From: Pseudomonas sp.
GTDB lineage: Bacteria; Pseudomonadota; Gammaproteobacteria; Xanthomonadales; Xanthomonadaceae
Assembly (NCBI GenBank): GCA_047607345.1
Contig: JASGDF010000139.1
Span: 2,313-66,312 of the forward strand
DNA length: 64,000 nt
Direction: 5' to 3'
Of this stretch, positions 21,976 to 32,704 are shown piece by piece. The translations under genes were made by a program, and so were the position numbers. Numbering within the stretch: position 1 is the stretch's first letter; each line of letters begins with the position of its first letter. The notes under the pieces are model-generated. The model saw nothing but the letters and a program-made list of their open reading frames with translations. It ran no database searches and was not told the DNA's origin.

Positions 21976-23031
21976 TCAGGCCGAGGTGCCGATACGCTGC
22001 AGGCGATAGCTGCCACTGAGCACACCGTTCACCCATTCCTGGTTGGCCAGGTACCAATCCACGGTGTAGGCGATGCCCTGCTCGAAGGTGTACTTCGGCT
22101 CCCATCCCAGCTGTTCCTTTAGCTTGGTGGCATCGATGGCATAGCGCCGGTCGTGGCCAGGCCGATCCGCCACGTAGGTGATCTGAGTGGCGCGCGACTG
22201 CCCATCCTCGCGTGGACGACGCTCGTCGAGCAGCGCGCAGATCGCCTGCACCACCTGGATGTTCTCGCGCTCGGAGTTGCCGCCGACGTTGTAGGTCTCA
22301 CCGACCTGGCCCTTGGCCAGCACCGTGCGGATCGCCTCGCAGTGGTCGGAGACGAACAACCAGTCGCGCACCTGCTTGCCGTCGCCGTACACCGGCAGCG
22401 GCTCGCCGGCCAGCGCCTTGGCGATCACCAGCGGGATCAGCTTTTCCGGGAAGTGATAAGGGCCGTAGTTGTTTGAGCAGTTGGTGGTCAGCACCGGCAA
22501 CCCGTAGGTGTGGTGGAACGCCCGCACCAGGTGATCGGAGGCCGCCTTCGAGGCCGAGTACGGCGAGTTGGGTGCGTACGGGGTGGTCTCGGTGAACTTG
22601 CCGGTCTCCCCAAGCGTGCCGTAGACCTCGTCAGTGGAGACATGCAGAAAGCGGAACGCCTCACGCTTGCCTTCCGGCAACGCCTTCCAATAGTCGCGCA
22701 CCGACTCCAGCAACCCCAACGTGCCGACCACATTGGTCTGCACGAATGCGCCCGGACCGTCGATGGAGCGATCCACGTGGCTTTCGGCGGCGAAGTTCAG
22801 CACCGCGTCCGGCTGATGCTCGGTGAGCAGGCGGCTGACCAGTTCACGATCGCCGATGTCCCCCTGAACGAACACGTGGTCGGGATTGCCTTCCAGCGAA
22901 GCCAGCGTGTCCAGGTTGCCGGCGTAGGTCAGTACATCCAGGTTGACGACCTTCACGCCCCGCGAAACCGCCTCCAGCACGAAGTTGCCACCGATGAAGC
23001 CGGCGCCGCCGGTTACGAGCCAAGTTGGCAT
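21976..23031 (-). CDS. rmlB: dTDP-glucose 4,6-dehydratase
   Basis: [40 protein letters not shown]. Confidence 0.97.
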   Translation of the reverse strand: MPTWLVTGGAGFIGGNFVLEAVSRGVKVVNLDVLTYAGNLDTLASLEGNPDHVFVQGDIGDRELVSRLLTEHQPDAVLNFAAESHVDRSIDGPGAFVQTNVVGTLGLLESVRDYWKALPEGKREAFRFLHVSTDEVYGTLGETGKFTETTPYAPNSPYSASKAASDHLVRAFHHTYGLPVLTTNCSNNYGPYHFPEKLIPLVIAKALAGEPLPVYGDGKQVRDWLFVSDHCEAIRTVLAKGQVGETYNVGGNSERENIQVVQAICALLDERRPREDGQSRATQITYVADRPGHDRRYAIDATKLKEQLGWEPKYTFEQGIAYTVDWYLANQEWVNGVLSGSYRLQRIGTSA

Positions 23032-23152
23032 CAAGTCCTCCTAAGATAAAGTAAATTATTGAGAGATAACACAGTATTCGAATCAGCCTGCGAAACTATT
23101 GACTAATCTACTCCGATCCTGATCCCTGCGATCGCGCCGCATGCACAGTTGG

Positions 23153-24784
23153 TCACCGCAGGTTACTGCACGACTTGTTGGAACGCGCATCGGCAATTGA
23201 CGTGCAGACTGCAATACCGGCTGTTTTGTAGAACGCTGGAACCATCACATATCCAGAGGGCACCCTGATAGTGGACAAAGGTCCAGCATGGGCGCCGTTG
23301 AGCGCATTTGCCGCATCCGGCAGGAACGGCCGTAGATCATCAGATACTACCTTGTAGGTCAATACGACCTTGGGCCGCAAGGACAGCGTGGATTCTTCAA
23401 CCTTGTATTCGGAAAGCCACTTCAGATTCTCCGGAGACTTCACCAGATCATAGTTGGCCCAGTTTCGATCATTGTCGTTGGACGACAGACTCAATCCAAA
23501 AACGTAGACTCCACGGGATCCGTTCGAAAGCAATGAGGTTATTCCCGACCAAAGATCGTCGCTGTCTTTATATCCCACATAATTGTTTTTTTTTGCATCG
23601 TGGCTGTATTCGGTCGTCAGCACCCAGGTAGGGCGCCGACTTTGAGACGCCTCGACGTATGCTTGGAGCGCATTGAACCTGAGAAGGTTCGAGCCGCTTC
23701 CATAGCTATCGGCGCCTAGTCCATCAAAACCAAGCTTCGGATCGAGCGATATCCATATCCGCGTAGCCTGCCGGTGCCGTTTGGCGACGATTGGTATTCC
23801 GCTTATCTGCCTGATCTTTTCAAGATTCTCGTATATTTTGGAACGCAGGACATCATCTATGGCTTCTTTTGTGCTCTTCCAAGACGAAGCACTGGAAGAG
23901 CCTACGATCGCCTTGTTGGTAGCTAGGTCTATGGCGATATTGCTGGTGACGGGAAGCACGTTGACTTCGTTGCTGGCCCCGCCCCTCGCGGCAAGCCAGG
24001 CAGCATATTCCTTCCCCCACTTTTCCGGCGATGGCCAGAAATTGGCCGGCGGCGAATACTCGTTACCCATTGGATCGAGCAGTAACCTGTAGCCGGCCCC
24101 TGGCCTTATGGACTTGAGCCAAGCCAGAAGTTTATCGGGATTTTCAGCTATCCAATTATGCGTAACGACCGCAGGAACGATCTTGACGGTGTCGCCTCGC
24201 CTTATCACAGCATCGCTAATGGTGGCAGAGTTGGCCGTCCACTGGATATTTCCTACTTTGTACTTCCCGGAACGGTTGTAAACGAGGTATAGCCCACTTT
24301 TTTCTAGCTGGATGCTTTTAGGTAACTTCTTGGACATGTCCACCGAGGCCTTGCCGTCTTCGCCAGCAACCGCGATATAAGCCGCGGGATCTATATAGTA
24401 GCCGCGCGCATCTGCTTTCATTGAAACCGGCGCCTGTATGCCATACCTGAATCCAAGCTCCTCTAGAAGATCGATCACTTTCTGGAAATCGCCTGGAGTA
24501 GCTCGCGTAAAAGACGCATTCACATAAATGTCACGAACACCGGCACTACGGATCTTCTGAAGGGTTTGCCTATCCCAGCTCAAGTTCGCAGCGGTTGGAT
24601 TGGATACGTAACGTGATACGAACATTCCACCTATAGGAATATAGCGCTCACCATCCCAAATCATGGAATGGTCGTCTGAAATATGCCACTCGTGCTTTTT
24701 CCCCGCCGAATCCTGATACACCCCTGCGTACGTCGGGAAGGAAAGGCACAGCGCGATCGCTACAGTAGCAAGCAGCTTAGTCAT
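23153..24784 (-). CDS. Uncharacterised exported protein, possible clan GH-A glycoside hydrolase
   Basis: 543-aa ORF with signal peptide (..TYA-G); DGERYIPIGG start of a putative TIM barrel; candidate catalytic motifs DPMGNEY and VLTTEY. Confidence 0.55.
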   Translation of the reverse strand: MTKLLATVAIALCLSFPTYAGVYQDSAGKKHEWHISDDHSMIWDGERYIPIGGMFVSRYVSNPTAANLSWDRQTLQKIRSAGVRDIYVNASFTRATPGDFQKVIDLLEELGFRYGIQAPVSMKADARGYYIDPAAYIAVAGEDGKASVDMSKKLPKSIQLEKSGLYLVYNRSGKYKVGNIQWTANSATISDAVIRRGDTVKIVPAVVTHNWIAENPDKLLAWLKSIRPGAGYRLLLDPMGNEYSPPANFWPSPEKWGKEYAAWLAARGGASNEVNVLPVTSNIAIDLATNKAIVGSSSASSWKSTKEAIDDVLRSKIYENLEKIRQISGIPIVAKRHRQATRIWISLDPKLGFDGLGADSYGSGSNLLRFNALQAYVEASQSRRPTWVLTTEYSHDAKKNNYVGYKDSDDLWSGITSLLSNGSRGVYVFGLSLSSNDNDRNWANYDLVKSPENLKWLSEYKVEESTLSLRPKVVLTYKVVSDDLRPFLPDAANALNGAHAGPLSTIRVPSGYVMVPAFYKTAGIAVCTSIADARSNKSCSNLR

Positions 24785-24890
24785 ACAAGCCTCAGATCGA
24801 CGTATGGACCGTCAGTCCCGCTGATTGATAGGGACTGCACTTGTGAAAGGTATATACCGAACCAGAATGCAGCCATGTCGGTTCAATAAA

Positions 24891-25913
24891 CTAACCCCAT
24901 TCCTGCGGACAATCTTTTTTCCAATCCAACATTGCATTTTCGAGCGAATACATATAATTATATCCTTGATCAACCAGAAATCGTGGCAGAATATTATTGG
25001 ATCGCACCAGCTTGCGAATCCGTACCGGACTGAAAGGATGGTTGATCCCCAGCGGTTTTGCGACCAGATCGATTGCATAGGCAGCGCAAAGCAACATCGA
25101 ATACGGAAGATTGGGCACGACACGCTTGACGCCCGCGACTTTGCAGACCGTCGTTACGTACTCGGAGATCGAGGGGCCCGGATTCATCGACCCATTGAAT
25201 AGCAGCACGCCCTTGCCGCTTTGCAACTGCGATGTGTGCGCCCACCATATGGCGTTGCATAATTCCTTTACATAGATCCCGGCCTTACGCGTGTGACGAT
25301 TGGCCATGTATACGAAGTACCCCTTACGCACCGCCTTAACCAAACGGGTGACGTTACCTCCTTCTCCAGGGCCAAATACGACTCCTGGACGCGCAATCAC
25401 CAGCCTGCGATTGGCTGCGTCGCGTGCCTGCCAGATTTGGTGAATTTTCTCGGCGGCGAGCTTCGATGCGCCATAGGCACTGACAGGCACTGGCAACGTA
25501 GACTCGTCCTTAATCTCTTCGCTCACACCATAGGGCGAAATCGAAGAGGTAAAGGCTATATAGTTGCAATTGACCTGCTCAGCCCACGCCGTAACATTTT
25601 CAGCTCCCTTAAGATTGGTGTCGAAGTACTCCCAGTCCTCGTGTCCAGGCTCGCGATGCACTGCCGCGAAGTTAGCGATAAATCCCACCTTTTCCGATGG
25701 TCGCCATGTAATAGGGCCTCGCACATCGCCCGGCACGAACTCTACCTGATCGGCATATGCAGCTAGCAGCGCATTACGATAAGGGAAGGGCTTATCCGAG
25801 TAAGATTCAAGGTCGTACAGGTAGACCTTTTCAAACAATCTATTTTTAAGCAAATAGTCGGCAAAGAAGCAACCAATAAATCCCGAACCACCAAAAATAA
25901 TAGCACTAGTCAT
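24891..25913 (-). CDS. NAD-dependent sugar epimerase/dehydratase (extended SDR)
   Basis: GGSGFIG, FTSS, YGASK catalytic motif, RPGVVFGPG. Confidence 0.9.
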   Translation of the reverse strand: MTSAIIFGGSGFIGCFFADYLLKNRLFEKVYLYDLESYSDKPFPYRNALLAAYADQVEFVPGDVRGPITWRPSEKVGFIANFAAVHREPGHEDWEYFDTNLKGAENVTAWAEQVNCNYIAFTSSISPYGVSEEIKDESTLPVPVSAYGASKLAAEKIHQIWQARDAANRRLVIARPGVVFGPGEGGNVTRLVKAVRKGYFVYMANRHTRKAGIYVKELCNAIWWAHTSQLQSGKGVLLFNGSMNPGPSISEYVTTVCKVAGVKRVVPNLPYSMLLCAAYAIDLVAKPLGINHPFSPVRIRKLVRSNNILPRFLVDQGYNYMYSLENAMLDWKKDCPQEWG

Positions 25914-25931
25914 GTAATTATTTCCAAATTA

Positions 25932-26843
25932 TTAAATCCATCCCATTGCGGCGGCTAGCGTCAGAACCAATCTATCGGATGACCGGCGCCGTCCGCGCTT
26001 GAAAAGAATTGATCCGAGTTTGATCCTACGTTTAAAGCCACGCTCTCTCTCCCATGCTGCCAAAAAATCGGCAGGAATCACGGTAGGATTAAGAGCACGC
26101 GAGACAAATAGCATGTGTTGGACTTGCTTGGCATACCAACCATTGCGGATTAGGCCAAGTCGTTTTTTTACGCCCGCCAGTGCACCACGGGCCCCAGTAT
26201 CGTTACCATCGTGCTGACGGTACCTCATAGAGGGTTGGGCATCAAAAAACCACTGCTTGCCCAAGGAACGGGAAATAGCGTAGATCAACCAATCATGATA
26301 ATGGACATTTGAGATGTCCACGGCACGATTTCTCAGTAGCTGTTGCACCTGTCTTGCGAAGGGGCCAGCAAGGACGAACGTGCATCCCTGACCGGCGCCT
26401 TCGAAAAGGAAATCGAGATCGGTCGTGACAGGGTTCTGTTCCAGTATCTTCTCCTTGCCATCGGGCCAGAAAGCAATGACAGACGAAGAATACCCACATG
26501 CAGTGCTGATCTTCAGAGCCGAGACTGCGCGCAGCATTTTATCGGCATGCCATATATCATCCTGGTCCGCAAACGCAACGTAGTCGACATCAGTAAGTTC
26601 GGCACCTACAAGCGTGCGAATGAAATTCTGTCCCGCCCCTCCCGACGGCTCGGAAAATGTGACCACTTCAATACGATCGTCATTGAGCGCGGTCGTAACA
26701 CACTCGGCCGATCCATCCTTTGAACAGTCATCGCCGATCAAAAGCCGGATGTTTACGCCCTGCTGAGCAAGAATGCTTTCAACCTGCGGCTGCAACCATT
26801 GCCCGCCGTTCCAAGATGCCAGTAGTACCCGTACCGCGTTCAT
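25932..26843 (-). CDS. GT2 glycosyltransferase (rhamnosyltransferase-like)
   Basis: VLLASWNG, DDCSKDG, FADQDDIW, HDW, YRQH. Confidence 0.88.
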   Translation of the reverse strand: MNAVRVLLASWNGGQWLQPQVESILAQQGVNIRLLIGDDCSKDGSAECVTTALNDDRIEVVTFSEPSGGAGQNFIRTLVGAELTDVDYVAFADQDDIWHADKMLRAVSALKISTACGYSSSVIAFWPDGKEKILEQNPVTTDLDFLFEGAGQGCTFVLAGPFARQVQQLLRNRAVDISNVHYHDWLIYAISRSLGKQWFFDAQPSMRYRQHDGNDTGARGALAGVKKRLGLIRNGWYAKQVQHMLFVSRALNPTVIPADFLAAWERERGFKRRIKLGSILFKRGRRRSSDRLVLTLAAAMGWI

Positions 26844-27904
26844 GCGAGCTCCAACGCTGGCTCGACGGCCAGGAGGCTTGCCTCCAATGCCCGAAGCGAA
26901 TTATCGGGAGTGTAATATTCGAGACGACCACGGCCTTGAGCTACCACTTCATTGACGCGCGCGGAGTCTTGCAGATCGGCAAGCGCTTTGCGCCAGCTCT
27001 CCTCATCACCCAGTTTTACGAAGAAAGCGGCCTCATCAAGCACCTCCCGATGTATCTCGATGTCGGAGACGATCACTGGACGGCCGCAGGCCAGTGCCTC
27101 CAAAGGGGGGATTCCAAACCCCTCCCATTTGGAAGGATAAATCAGTGCCATGCAACCTTGGTACAGACGTACCAGTTGTTCGTTTGAGATATAATCATGG
27201 AATTCAACGCTCGCCCCGATCCCAGCCCGCTGGATTAGACGCTCCAGCACCCTGCGGTACCTGCCACTGCAGGAGGTGATGACAAGCCGGTATTTGTCTT
27301 TCCACAGATGCGCATAACGCAATACTTCGTCTACGTTCTTGTGGCTGTATCTTGCCCCGACCATCAGTAGGTACGGAGTCCGAGACTCAACTTGGCCAGG
27401 GGTGAAACGACTTGTGTCGACGGAGTTTGGCACGACATGAATTCTGTCCAAAGCGTACCCATAGGAACTCGCGATATCTCGACGACTGGTCTCGGAGACA
27501 GTGAAGACCGCTCTACACTTGCTCAATAGGCGAGGCACGAAGTACCTGAAGAAAATATATTGAGAAAGATGCTGCCTTGGAAATCTCAGGCAAATCATAT
27601 CATGAATTGTTATGATCTGGCCGTCCTGGTTGGGAAGCCCATGATGCGTTGGGGAATAGACCAGCTCATCCTTACCGAATTTCAACCTGCGCATCCAGAG
27701 TTGGCGTTTAATGGCCGCGGATTTTCCACGGCCGATTGCAATACTTTCCGGTGTGACGATCACTTCGGAATTTCCGATATTCGAGGATCTACTGCCTATT
27801 ATCGCAGACCTGAAAATCCCCGCGATCTTAGCGCAGTTCCTCGCATATACCCCAAGCCCGGTTGGCTTTACACCCAACATAGATAAGTTGACGATTATTC
27901 TCAC
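26840..27904 (-). CDS. GT4 glycosyltransferase
   Basis: ITIHD, TVSE, HKN, YPSKWEGFGIPPLEALACG. Confidence 0.9.
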   Translation of the reverse strand: MRIIVNLSMLGVKPTGLGVYARNCAKIAGIFRSAIIGSRSSNIGNSEVIVTPESIAIGRGKSAAIKRQLWMRRLKFGKDELVYSPTHHGLPNQDGQIITIHDMICLRFPRQHLSQYIFFRYFVPRLLSKCRAVFTVSETSRRDIASSYGYALDRIHVVPNSVDTSRFTPGQVESRTPYLLMVGARYSHKNVDEVLRYAHLWKDKYRLVITSCSGRYRRVLERLIQRAGIGASVEFHDYISNEQLVRLYQGCMALIYPSKWEGFGIPPLEALACGRPVIVSDIEIHREVLDEAAFFVKLGDEESWRKALADLQDSARVNEVVAQGRGRLEYYTPDNSLRALEASLLAVEPALELA

Positions 27905-27944
27905 TATTCAGCTTCCAATGGATTATCACGGCTCCCGCCCAGAA

Positions 27945-29228
27945 TCAGGCAGGCGACGGAACTGATGGCCCCACCGACGACCGCTGGTTATCGTAGATTC
28001 TATTCACTGATCCAGCAATTCGCTCGGCACGCGTGCAGCCGAGCATGAAGAATAGAATAGACATAACCTTGTAAGCCATATAGATGTCGATGAAAAACAG
28101 GTTTATGGATAACGCCACCACCATAAGCCGCACTCCGCCACCATAGCCGTATATCGTCTTAATCATCAATATAAAAAATAGCACCCCGAGTATGCCCGTC
28201 TCCGACAACAGACGAAGCCAACCTCCGTCCAAGGCATTGCCGAACGTACCCGGTCCAACCCCCCAGAGCATGTTTCCGGGATTCAAAGCCCACATCTTGG
28301 CCGCGTAAATCCATTTCGGAACGCGTATGCTCCAACTTTCGTCGAGGTCGCCAGAATCTGTCGGCCTATCCAGTTCCCGCCAAGATGGCGCCTCCTCGGT
28401 CACGCGAAAACTCGCGAACGAAGATTGCATTGAACTAATATTCTCGTAGCTGAACAGATTCGCCGAGCGATCGGCGACCGTGGTTGAACCTAGGATCACG
28501 GCTACAGCCAACAAGAGCGGAACAGCGGCAATGGCTCCTTTGAGGGCGCGTACTACGCCTCCGGAAAATACGAATACCATCAGAATTATTGCGAACTGCG
28601 CCATTAAGGACATCCGCGATCCGTTCGCCAGAATAAGCAATGTGGAAATCAAAAACACAATAGTTTTCTTGGTTTTACTGCAATCACTTCTCGCCAAGAA
28701 ATAGCAGCTAATGATATTCAAGACGACACCAAGCTCCCAGGGACCACTGGTCAGGCCAATCACTCTATCCGACACGTCCGGCCGGTAGCCGTTCACAGTG
28801 AAGCCTCCAATGACGTGGAGGATCTGCAACCCAGCGACGGCCGAATTCGCCCAAAATACGACACTCACCAACTTGTCTATCTTCTTCTGACCACTAGAGA
28901 ACAGCGCCAATCCCATGTAATAAAAAACAAAATATTCAGCAAACCTGAGAGGGAACAATAACGATGAACGATCAAAGACAACCGTGTTGTATAACGCACT
29001 GAACAGGCAAACGAAGAAGAACGTCCAGAACCAGCGTTCTTCCCTTGCCCATAGGGTGGGACCCAGGCGCGCTTTTATGGCCCCTCGCCAAACGAGCACA
29101 GAGGCTATCGTCGCAATCACCAGGTCGTCGACTCTCAATCCTGCACTGAAGTTGCCTACCGAGATCAGGTTGATCTTAGGAAGGAGGAACAGGAGATAAA
29201 TAGAAAAAATCAGAAGAATTTTATTCAT
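27945..29228 (-). CDS. wzy: Putative Wzy polymerase
   Basis: Polytopic membrane protein with GSR motif and periplasmic loop (WGVGPG..DGGWLRLLSETGILG) typical of O-antigen polymerase/ligase folds; lies among GT genes. Confidence 0.65.
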   Translation of the reverse strand: MNKILLIFSIYLLFLLPKINLISVGNFSAGLRVDDLVIATIASVLVWRGAIKARLGPTLWAREERWFWTFFFVCLFSALYNTVVFDRSSLLFPLRFAEYFVFYYMGLALFSSGQKKIDKLVSVVFWANSAVAGLQILHVIGGFTVNGYRPDVSDRVIGLTSGPWELGVVLNIISCYFLARSDCSKTKKTIVFLISTLLILANGSRMSLMAQFAIILMVFVFSGGVVRALKGAIAAVPLLLAVAVILGSTTVADRSANLFSYENISSMQSSFASFRVTEEAPSWRELDRPTDSGDLDESWSIRVPKWIYAAKMWALNPGNMLWGVGPGTFGNALDGGWLRLLSETGILGVLFFILMIKTIYGYGGGVRLMVVALSINLFFIDIYMAYKVMSILFFMLGCTRAERIAGSVNRIYDNQRSSVGPSVPSPA

Positions 29229-29319
29229 AAGATTTAGGCCGAGGCGGATTTCACCGCGCCATCGCTACGCCCATTACAGGCAGTCTCCAATAGCGTGGAG
29301 CATCTGGAGAATCCTACGA

Positions 29320-30519
29320 TTAGTATGCTATGACTGCGTCATAGACGTCCAGATGCCTGCTGGCGTAATGTTGTATATCGAGAAATCTTTCACCGCTCTT
29401 TCTGGCATTCAAACTCATTTCTTGGATGGTTGCTTTACTGCCCATCCTGCTCAGCGCGGCCGAAAGAGCGCCCGCCTGTTCGGGTTCGAACACCAAGCCG
29501 TCCTTTCCATCTTCGATCATTTCGACGATCCCCCCCCTTCTCGAACCGATCACCGGCTTGCCGAAAGCGAACGCTTCTGCGACCACCATTCCCAGTGGCT
29601 CATCCCATAGAGACGGGACCACCACGACATCGACGTTTGGAAAAAAATCCTTTTGGGCCACCCGCCCCAGGAACCTGATGCTGTCCGATGCGTATTCTTT
29701 TTTGAGATGGGCATCGTAAGAGCCGTTGCCTGTCCCAGCGACCCATAGTTCAGCGCCAGCGATTTGCAGCGCACTAAACGCGTCCAGCAGCAGCGCAACT
29801 CCCTTGCTCGGAGTAATAGATCCGATGTAACCGAACCGTACTTTTTCGCCGACGTGCTCCCGGCCTGTTCCCGCCCCGACTCCCAATGCATTGCGATCAC
29901 GCGCGTTGTAGATCACAGCCTTGACTTCGGCCTTAGAGAAATAACCGCGCTCTAGATGGCCGCTTAGCATGAATTTGCTGATACCAATCACACCGCCAAC
30001 CAGGTTGGAAACCCTTGGATGCAGCGTTCTCAACACGCGGCAGTCAGTACAACGGGCAACGCATTGTTTTCCATTGCGAAAAAGCGTGGAGCGGGGGCAT
30101 AGCAGATATTGGTCGCGAAGCGTATGGACCAACGGTATCCCCAAGGAGCGTACGGCTTTCCATATCGATACCGACAATCCAGTGATTACATGGGTATGTA
30201 CGACATCAGGCTTTTCCTCGCCGCATATTCTCTTGACATCTACCTCTGACCACGGGTTGTACATATCAACTGAGTGATAGAGCAACCGAGCGGCCAGGGA
30301 AGGTTGGACCGAATCCACCGGCCGGAACACATTGCGAACCGGCAGGTAATGCACCCGGACGCCATTGACTATTCTGCAGCCCGGCTCGCCATGTGCAAGC
30401 GCTGCCACCACCACCTCATGCCCCAGCCCTGCCAGCGCATCCACCAATGTCCTCAGGGACTTCTGCCCTCCTCCTCCTACCGGCGCCTCGTAATTCGTAG
30501 CTAGCATCAGAATTTTCAT
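29320..30519 (-). CDS. GT4 glycosyltransferase
   Basis: GGGQ, PDVVHTH, LCPR, KG, PSLWDEPLGMVVAEA. Confidence 0.9.
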   Translation of the reverse strand: MKILMLATNYEAPVGGGGQKSLRTLVDALAGLGHEVVVAALAHGEPGCRIVNGVRVHYLPVRNVFRPVDSVQPSLAARLLYHSVDMYNPWSEVDVKRICGEEKPDVVHTHVITGLSVSIWKAVRSLGIPLVHTLRDQYLLCPRSTLFRNGKQCVARCTDCRVLRTLHPRVSNLVGGVIGISKFMLSGHLERGYFSKAEVKAVIYNARDRNALGVGAGTGREHVGEKVRFGYIGSITPSKGVALLLDAFSALQIAGAELWVAGTGNGSYDAHLKKEYASDSIRFLGRVAQKDFFPNVDVVVVPSLWDEPLGMVVAEAFAFGKPVIGSRRGGIVEMIEDGKDGLVFEPEQAGALSAALSRMGSKATIQEMSLNARKSGERFLDIQHYASRHLDVYDAVIAY

Positions 30520-31637
30520 GGGCGGCTACTGCGCCCCTCGGCTGTATTACCTGTCATCCTACGAGCCAGTGTATCCATTGATGCTCTAAAGCGCTGATCG
30601 GCAGCTTTGACGAAACCGCGTTGCGACGCAAGCCTGTGCGTATCCGCCAACGCGATATCGAGTAAATCGACCACTCTCTTGGCGCTGGTCTGTTCGACCG
30701 ACAAGCCGTGTATACCAGCCTGTGCAATCAGGGTATCCGTCTTCGTGGTACGGCTGATGCCCACTACCGGTACGTGTCCCAGGGCAATGATCATCGCATG
30801 TAGCCGCATTGCAACGACTGCGGTCGCGTTGCGGATGATGGCGGCAGCCTGGCGGTAATCACTTGGACTTTCCACCTGCACGGTGCCGGGGGCTACCTTG
30901 CCCAGAATTTTTTGATAGATACCCAGTTCGTCTTCTATCCGTGTATCCATGGAAAGCAGAACGAGCCGATGGACGGGCCACTTCCGGCGCATCGCGTCGA
31001 TCAGTGACAGCAATTCACTTACCACTGCTTCGTCTTCACGCTTTTCCTTGACGTAGGAGATCACAAAATAAGGATCGTCCGTAGCAGCGACCGGCGCAAA
31101 CGAATCGTTTTCCAACGAAAACACCGGATCGGCAGACAGTACCAGCTTTGTAGAATCCCCAGCCAGAGCATCTGCCGCGAGTTCGAAAGAACGCTGATCC
31201 CTCAGTATCACCGTCTGGCACCGGCGCAGGATGCCCTGGGCGATCTTGGTGGAACGCTGATGGCGCAAAACATCCATACCGATAGGAACAGTAGCCACAG
31301 GCTTGCCGAGCAGCCTGGCCAAGAAGGTAATTTGCCAAATATAGGGAAGCATTCCACGCAGCAGGCTGATGCCGAGGGCATCTTGGATCAGAGTTCCTCC
31401 CCCAAGTAAAACGAGATCGGCCTGGCGGATATGCTTGAGCAGCGTGGCCCAACCCGTCAAAGACTTGCGATTGATACATACTTCATTCAATCCCAGCGCA
31501 ATCAATCGCCCAGGATTGACTGATGTCACCTTCACATTCGCGCCCGGGAACGTGCGCTCGAGATTTTTTACCAACACTGAGGCGAGCGCATCATCCCCTA
31601 GATTATGCCCGGCCGTACCAACTAAAAGTATGTTCAT
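30516..31637 (-). CDS. Polysaccharide pyruvyl transferase (CsaB/WcaK-like)
   Basis: GHNLGDDA, LGGGTLIQD, LRDQRS, SADP, AMRLHAMI; start placed at MNILLVG (upstream alternatives overlap the previous gene). Confidence 0.82.
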   Translation of the reverse strand: MNILLVGTAGHNLGDDALASVLVKNLERTFPGANVKVTSVNPGRLIALGLNEVCINRKSLTGWATLLKHIRQADLVLLGGGTLIQDALGISLLRGMLPYIWQITFLARLLGKPVATVPIGMDVLRHQRSTKIAQGILRRCQTVILRDQRSFELAADALAGDSTKLVLSADPVFSLENDSFAPVAATDDPYFVISYVKEKREDEAVVSELLSLIDAMRRKWPVHRLVLLSMDTRIEDELGIYQKILGKVAPGTVQVESPSDYRQAAAIIRNATAVVAMRLHAMIIALGHVPVVGISRTTKTDTLIAQAGIHGLSVEQTSAKRVVDLLDIALADTHRLASQRGFVKAADQRFRASMDTLARRMTGNTAEGRSSRP

Positions 31638-31671
31638 CGACTGTCCTGGGGTTAAAACTTGGTCAACCAAA

Positions 31672-32670
31672 TCACGGGAGTGGGAACTCTGGATGTTCAC
31701 CGAGTCTTTTTGCCAGGCCATCTTGTACCGCCCTGCGTACCAACCCATACCTTGCGGTTTTACCCGCCCTCAATGCCTTGAGTCGCAGTAGCGCCATGTA
31801 CGTTTCACGATTCAGCCATGAGACCAAACGATTGCTAGGCCTGCAGTAGCGACCGAAATACACGCCGTTCCTGGTCCCATAATAAACGCGTAAGTCACTG
31901 CCCTGATTAAGGACTATGTCGAACGAGGTTGTCTTGGTTTCCTTGCGAGTATTCCATGAGGTTTCCAGGTCGTCGATCTGCGCCTTGGTAACCAGCATAA
32001 TTCTTCCGCCGGCATGGGTAACTCGGTACGTAAATTCACTATCATCCGTATATAGCACGAAATCTGCCTTCGGCAAGCCAATTTGATCAATGAGTTCGCG
32101 CCTGAAGAACATGCCACTGTAGGGAGCAATGTCCATCTTCACCAGATCGGCAATCGTTCCAGGCCCCGGTTTTCTGCTATGCAGTCGGCGCAGCAACTTG
32201 TAAGGAACGTCCTTCAGGTGAAATCCGCGAAAGCTGTTGTTCCTCAGATTTACTCTACTTGCTGGCACGCCAGCGGCTACGTCAGGCTGATGTTCCGGCC
32301 GGAACGCTAGCAACGCCAGAGGGCCTTGGCTAGACTGCTGCAGCCTAGCGTGGGCATCCAGCAAAGTGCTGATGCAACCGGCCCGTGGCAGGTTGTCGTC
32401 GTCGAGCAGGAATATGAAATCAGCATCCGATGACGCAGCATAACGAAGCCCAGCCGCATAACCTGCGGCTGATCCTTGATTGCGTCCCATGGGAACCACA
32501 CTGACAAAACCAGCGTACCGCGTCTCGAGCGTTTCCTTTACTGCCCAGCGGGCGCCGTTGTCGACCACTACCAGCGACGATACTCCTTGTGCACGCAGTC
32601 CGTCGATCACTTTATAAAGGTAATCGGATCGTTGGCCGTATGTAACCGTCACTCCGACGATCTTACTCAT
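31672..32670 (-). CDS. GT2 glycosyltransferase
   Basis: VTVTY, VVVDNG, NQGSAAG, LLDDD, DDSEFTYR. Confidence 0.88.
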   Translation of the reverse strand: MSKIVGVTVTYGQRSDYLYKVIDGLRAQGVSSLVVVDNGARWAVKETLETRYAGFVSVVPMGRNQGSAAGYAAGLRYAASSDADFIFLLDDDNLPRAGCISTLLDAHARLQQSSQGPLALLAFRPEHQPDVAAGVPASRVNLRNNSFRGFHLKDVPYKLLRRLHSRKPGPGTIADLVKMDIAPYSGMFFRRELIDQIGLPKADFVLYTDDSEFTYRVTHAGGRIMLVTKAQIDDLETSWNTRKETKTTSFDIVLNQGSDLRVYYGTRNGVYFGRYCRPSNRLVSWLNRETYMALLRLKALRAGKTARYGLVRRAVQDGLAKRLGEHPEFPLP

Positions 32671-32704
32671 GATAAATTCCGCGCATCGCCTGTCGGATCC
32701 TTTT

